From: Bugula neritina
Lineage: Eukaryota > Animalia > Bryozoa
Assembly: GCA_964035545.1 (NCBI GenBank)
Contig: OZ037771.1
Location: 7,805,408-7,869,407 of the forward strand
DNA: 64,000 nt
Direction of reading: 5' to 3'
Shown: positions 58,966 through 64,000 of the stretch, piece by piece
Position numbering within the stretch: the stretch's first letter is position 1
Layout: each line of letters starts with the position of its first letter
Made by a program: the position numbers and the translations under genes
The notes under the pieces: generated by a model
Databases searched by the model: none
What the model was told of the DNA's origin: nothing
Seen by the model: the letters and a program-made list of their open reading frames with translations, nothing else

Positions 58966-61900
58966 TTTTCAGAAGAATAATTCTTTGCTACCTGAAAAAA
59001 TCTGATGAAATTAACAGCATGCATTCAACGCCTTTACACTTGTATTAATTTACTCAAATTAGTCATATTGAACTGTAGGCTATATAACAACCCATAGCCC
59101 AAAAGCAGCTGAAAATACAGTCTAGGACTAACCCGCTGCATTAACCTCTTCATCGCTGCTACTATTCTCATTATTCTCTTCCTCGTCACTCTCCTCTCCC
59201 TCATCACTGGAGACATCAGTGCTAGCGTGTGCATCTTCACTGCTGTTCTCATTGCTAGCCATTCTCTCTGAGGAATCATCTCCCCCGTTCTTTCCTTCAG
59301 TCTTCTCCTTTTCCTCATCTTCCTCATTACCAGAACTTGCATCTGTACACAGAGTTACTATACATTGCACTATGTTTTTACTGCTTTGTTAATGCATGGT
59401 CAGAATAGAGGTCAAATTATTAGCCAACTTCATAATAATTAGAAGTTTTACTTTAGGGAATAGAAGAATTGAAAGTTGTGTGCTTAGATGATACAGGATC
59501 ACTGTAGGTGGCATTCAGGGCAGTTCTTACATTATATTGAAGTTTCATAACATTTTCTTAACTTTATTCTTAGATAGAAGTTATTTATGTTGACCTTTTC
59601 AAATACACTACAGTAGAATACAGCGGTTTTATTATATGTGTTGTAATTAATTACATAGAACATGACACTGCTCTCTGTTATTGAAAATAAAAAATCTTAC
59701 CATTTTATCCAGAAAAATGCATGCAGTCTGATAATATAATGTAATATAACATGACATAATATAACATAACATAATATAACATAACATAATATAATATAAC
59801 ATAACATAATATAACACAATATAACATAACATAACCTAATATAACATAATATAACATAACATACTATATATAATATAATATACTGTATATAATATAATAT
59901 AATATAGTTCACTTGCTAACACTTGACTTACCTGATAGTCTACCTGATTCATTCACTTCAGTCAGAAAAATGGCTTTTTCCATTTCACTTTTGGCTGCAG
60001 GAAAAATTGCTGCTCAGTAACATCTAATAGTTTGTCAGTAGCAAGTAGGTTGTAGTATTAATAATAGTCAATTATACCAAGTTTAACTATTCATTACAGA
60101 AGGTATATTGAAATAGAATAAACTGTGATATAGGCTTAGTTTATTACAAACTTGGTAAACTATATTAACACCCACATGCATGCACGCGCACACGCACGCA
60201 TGCATGCATGCACGCACACATGCATGCATGCACGCACGCACACATGCACGCACACACACGAACAAACACACACCGTAGCACATGCTTTGTATGGAATCCA
60301 ATAGACGGCTTATTCATATAGGTTGTAATAAATTTTATGCAAGTTTTACACACCTCAGACCACTAAAATAGGGTTCTGATTCAAGACATTGCAATCTTTC
60401 AACTATATATATGATATAATATATTCACTCAACTAATGTCACAGCATGACTTCATTATTATATTTATATATTAATATATTAATATATAGGCTATCATAAA
60501 AACAAACCTCAATTTTATGTTAAAGGAATTATTTCATTCATCTAACCTGATTTGTATGGTTTTGGAGTTATCTCCTTGTTTAGCCTTAGGCCACTGTTAC
60601 CAACTGACATAGCTGAGTTCTGTGAACAGAGGTGGTGCCCATCCATTGCTAAGTGAGCTTGGTTCCCTGCTAAATGTATCTGCATTCTCATTGCACTTGG
60701 TAGTTGATTACTCTGCAAGTTTATAATACTCGTATATATGCTACACAGCAGCAGCAACAGCAGCAACAGTAATAGTATTGGCAGTGAGATATATTATGTT
60801 AAGAGTTATAAATATTGAATGCCACTTGTTGCAGGGAATCTAGCTGCTATCAACTGTTGCAGGGAAAGCATGTAGCAAATGTGTTTCTGCAGCTATAACA
60901 ATGACAAAACATTGGAACATTTAATATACAACTAGAGATGTAGTTCTATACTGTGTAAGTAAGCAGTTTATTATACATACAGCACACTTGTGCTCATGTG
61001 CTGTGAATATATTCACTCTTTACTAAATCTGTAACTCATAGAGACATAAAAGAATCATGTACATACAAGATATTTTGTTAACTACCAAACAATGTATATA
61101 TTATATATAGATGTAGTCGTAGATGTTAGAGAAGTTGGCATACAGTTTTACAGATAGGGTGTTGTATAGCTTTATCCAGTTTTAAGGCAGCGTGTGTATA
61201 TGTGGGGCTATTCAGCATGTTTGGTAGAACTCTGTTCAACTCACAGAGTATATTTTTCTTTCTAAAATGTGACAAATTCACCCAATAATAGCTGAAACCA
61301 AAGTGGTGGCATTTGTATATATATTTTCATTATACGGAATAAACAAGATGTAAATATAATATGTTGAAGTTACAGCAATGTACACAATGTAACATTATTA
61401 TGCAATGTGTGTTTCTACCAGCTTGGCAATCACGGGCTTTCCATGTACCGATCTCAGATCGATCTTAGCGAGATCGATCCATGGAAAGACGCCACAGATC
61501 GATCTCCGTCGATCTGAGCTGGTCGGTCTGTAGAGCTCGAACTCAGATCGATCTCATGTCAATAAGACTATGGAAAGACGAAAGATCGATCTCAGAAGTA
61601 GAAAAAGACTGCCTGCTACAATGTTGTCTGCTAATAAAAATAAAAACTTATTGATAATTACTAAGCAAAGTATTAAATAATTATGATAGCCACCTTTTCA
61701 GATGCCAAAACTTTGACTTCCAGTACAATGATTAAGAAAACTCAATTATATGCAGTAGAAGGTAAAAAAATGGGAGAATTTAAATTGAATTTAAATGACT
61801 ATTAAGACTTAGTTTCATTAGCTATTTTTTGTAATTTTAAGCCTAACAGTCCTGTAAGTTTATTAATAATCTGCAAAACAGCCATTAATTTTATATAAGT

Positions 61901-63724
61901 CGTCAAGCTAAAAAATTAAAATTAATTATTTTAAATTGGCCAAATTACCATACACTGAAAGCTTTGCTGCGTATAGTTTATAGCTGGGATTAAATTTTAG
62001 ACTACGACCATTTTGTTTTCAACAGTAGTAGCTTTAATCACTCAAATAGGTGAACAAATTATACTTTCAAAGTATCCTTCACTTAAGAGGAGGCAACTTC
62101 GCGAGATCGATCTGACACTCTCATGGAAAAACGATCGATCTGAGCACATTTCTCAGATCGGTACATGGAAAGCCCGTGATAGCAAGTGGCATAGTATTTA
62201 TGTAAAGCCTGGCCTAGTGTGACACAGGTCACGGGTTAAAGTCCAGGTCATTGGTGATGACAGGAAGGGCATCCTATTATACTTTATCCACTATAAAAAC
62301 CCTCTAACCAGAATTGTATGAAGCACAATCCTTAGGCACTTAAAAACCCTTGTAAGCAGGGGCTCTAACATTAAGGGTGGTGACTTAAAACTAATGTATA
62401 TAAGTGGTTCTTTGAATGTAAGTTTTGTAAGAAAGCTGATCAGCAATTTTAAATGAAATGACAAATTGAAATGATCGAATTGTATGACTATGAAAAATGT
62501 GGGATGTAGAGAAAGTGGCAGTCAACCCCCCCCCCTCGAGTTTTACTGTTTTACAATATAACTTACTCAACTACAAACAGCTTCCCGCCAAATATTTGAA
62601 GAACAAGAAAGTTGTCACCGAAGGACTTGCTCTTGTACCATATAATCACATTGCCATCTACTATTCTGGGAAATCCAAGGGAGATGATCTTCTTTTCACT
62701 TTTACTTTGCTTAACCATCACTCTTTCTCCGGCTATTTCCCCGATACCCACTTGAAAACAAGACAGATCTTCCCGCAGTTGCTATAAACACATAGCATTA
62801 GAATTATATGGTTAGCCAGAAATCTGTTTATAGTCTGTTGGGGGAGTTACAGATGCCTTCCTCAAGCTTTTTGTCAATTGAGATATAACTCATTAAAAAT
62901 AGCAGAAAGTGTAAAAGTTACTTATCAAGACCTTGCTTTTTATTCATACATTGTATTAAAAGCATTAGTTTTTTGTTTTTTTTACTTGACACTGACAGTA
63001 GCAACATATAATGGTGTGTCGTCATGTATTCGTTGATAAGAAATATAATCATTGACAGCACTTTGCTAGTATAAAAATAATGTAAATGCACTTTCAAGCT
63101 CTAAAACTATTCATTGCTTAAAATTTAAACTAATTGCTGTGGCAATCTTCAATAAAAATACATTATCAGTGCATAAAATAATGTATCTTGTGTTCACGTG
63201 TGAACCCTTTCAACTTTCAACTTCAAAAAGTCGGCATTGAAACCAACTTTTAAAAACTTAGCCAGTACTAAAGGGAGGCCAGCTAGCGCACCTTTATTGT
63301 ATCATCTTTTATCTGCAAGTCTAAGTTTAACTTCTCAGCCATGTAGACCACATCTGCAGATATTTGTTGGTAGTTCTAAAACAGAAACACTCATTGTATA
63401 CATGAGGAATATTGTAACAAGTTACTAATTTATGCAAACTATCTGTTTTGAAGAATCTTCTTAAATTTTTGTTATAATTGTTATTTATATTCACCCATAA
63501 GATTTATACAAAGTTGTTAATATTAAAAAGTTTCCATGGGCTAAACTCAAAGGCAAAAAAACTACACACAGTTGACTGTAGCTAGTTTACGAGGCATTAT
63601 CAGTGTTGTGGGTGCATTTATTCACTCACACGAATCTCAGCATCTTTGAGTCGAGTTAAGTCGTTTAATTCTTTCACTTTCTGACTGAACATGTCTATTT
63701 CTTGTTTATGGAACAGTTGCAGAC
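58966..63724 (-). CDS. Uncharacterised multi-exon gene continuing beyond the window (coiled coil, beta-rich segment, acidic tail)
   Basis: In-phase GT-AG exons ~63629-63724 (RLQLFHKQEIDMFSQKVKELNDLTRLKDAEIR), ~62567-62781, ~61144-61261, ~60547-60712, ~59932-59994 and ~59133-59342 (E/D/S-rich). A possible terminal exon stops near 58966. Confidence 0.65.
59735..59905. repeat. (ATAAC/ATAAT)n pentanucleotide repeat
   Basis: Direct inspection; lies close to the donor at ~59931. Confidence 0.9.
60170..60272. repeat. (GCAC/GCAT)n microsatellite
   Basis: Direct inspection. Confidence 0.9.
61431..62178. mobile_element. Non-autonomous DNA transposon, CMC/CACTA-like, with GATC-rich subterminal repeats
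   Basis: Perfect 24-bp TIR CACGGGCTTTCCATGTACCGATCT ... AGATCGGTACATGGAAAGCCCGTG, AT on both flanks, multiple AGATCGATCT palindromes. Superfamily assignment is tentative. Confidence 0.85.
62185..62400 (+). mobile_element. Divergent tRNA-derived SINE related to the main family
   Basis: Degenerate tRNA head, core GGTCATTGGTGATGACAGGAAGGGCATCC and tail GGTGGTGACTTAAAACT. Confidence 0.65.
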
Positions 63725-64000
63725 GCTACAAATGAAGGACATTAAAACAGCTATCATATAGATAACTCATATACTACGTCTACTCGTGCATAGCTAAGCT
63801 GATTATGACCCTGAGTTAAAGTAACAGCTTTGAAAATAAGTTGTTCTTGTGGACTTGTCTTATATAAGTTCTAATACCCAGTACTAATTTTGCTGCTCTT
63901 GCACAAAATAGCTGAACTGAATTAATTTATTGCAGATTTTTATGGGAGTTTTCTATGTTTTATTCGAATGCGTGGAGAGTTTTTTAAATATTAATGTCTC

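Overview
AT-rich, intron-rich animal genomic DNA, probably an invertebrate. It is not prokaryotic: I see no rRNA, CRISPR array or operons. Reading splice sites by eye gives at least seven spliced genes. (1) A MAGT1/TUSC3 (OST3/OST6 family) oligosaccharyltransferase subunit (+, 9430-12450). (2) A convergent ABCH/ABCG23-like NBD-TMD half transporter (-, 12962-22329). (3) An intracellular protein with an N-terminal TRIF/TICAM-like TIR domain, a coiled coil and a disordered tail bearing a TRAF6-type motif (-, 27906-35764). (4, 5) Two paralogous 9-finger C2H2 genes sharing an unrecognised ~100-aa N-terminal domain (+, 40285-43397 and 51997-54726). (6) A complete 7-TM orphan class A GPCR between them, split into small exons, with a GC-AG intron (-, 45002-49501). 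(7) One or two uncharacterised genes running off the right end (-). Non-coding features include several MITE families (hAT, PIF/Harbinger, CMC-like and unclassified; one nested), a tRNA-derived SINE family, two decayed LINEs, three tRNA-like units in a nested tandem duplication, a purine-rich 20-bp minisatellite, repeats built from splice-site sequence, and kb-scale 3-periodic TAN-type tracts around the putative promoters. All gene models were assembled by hand, and all homology calls come from recalled family motifs, not database searches.
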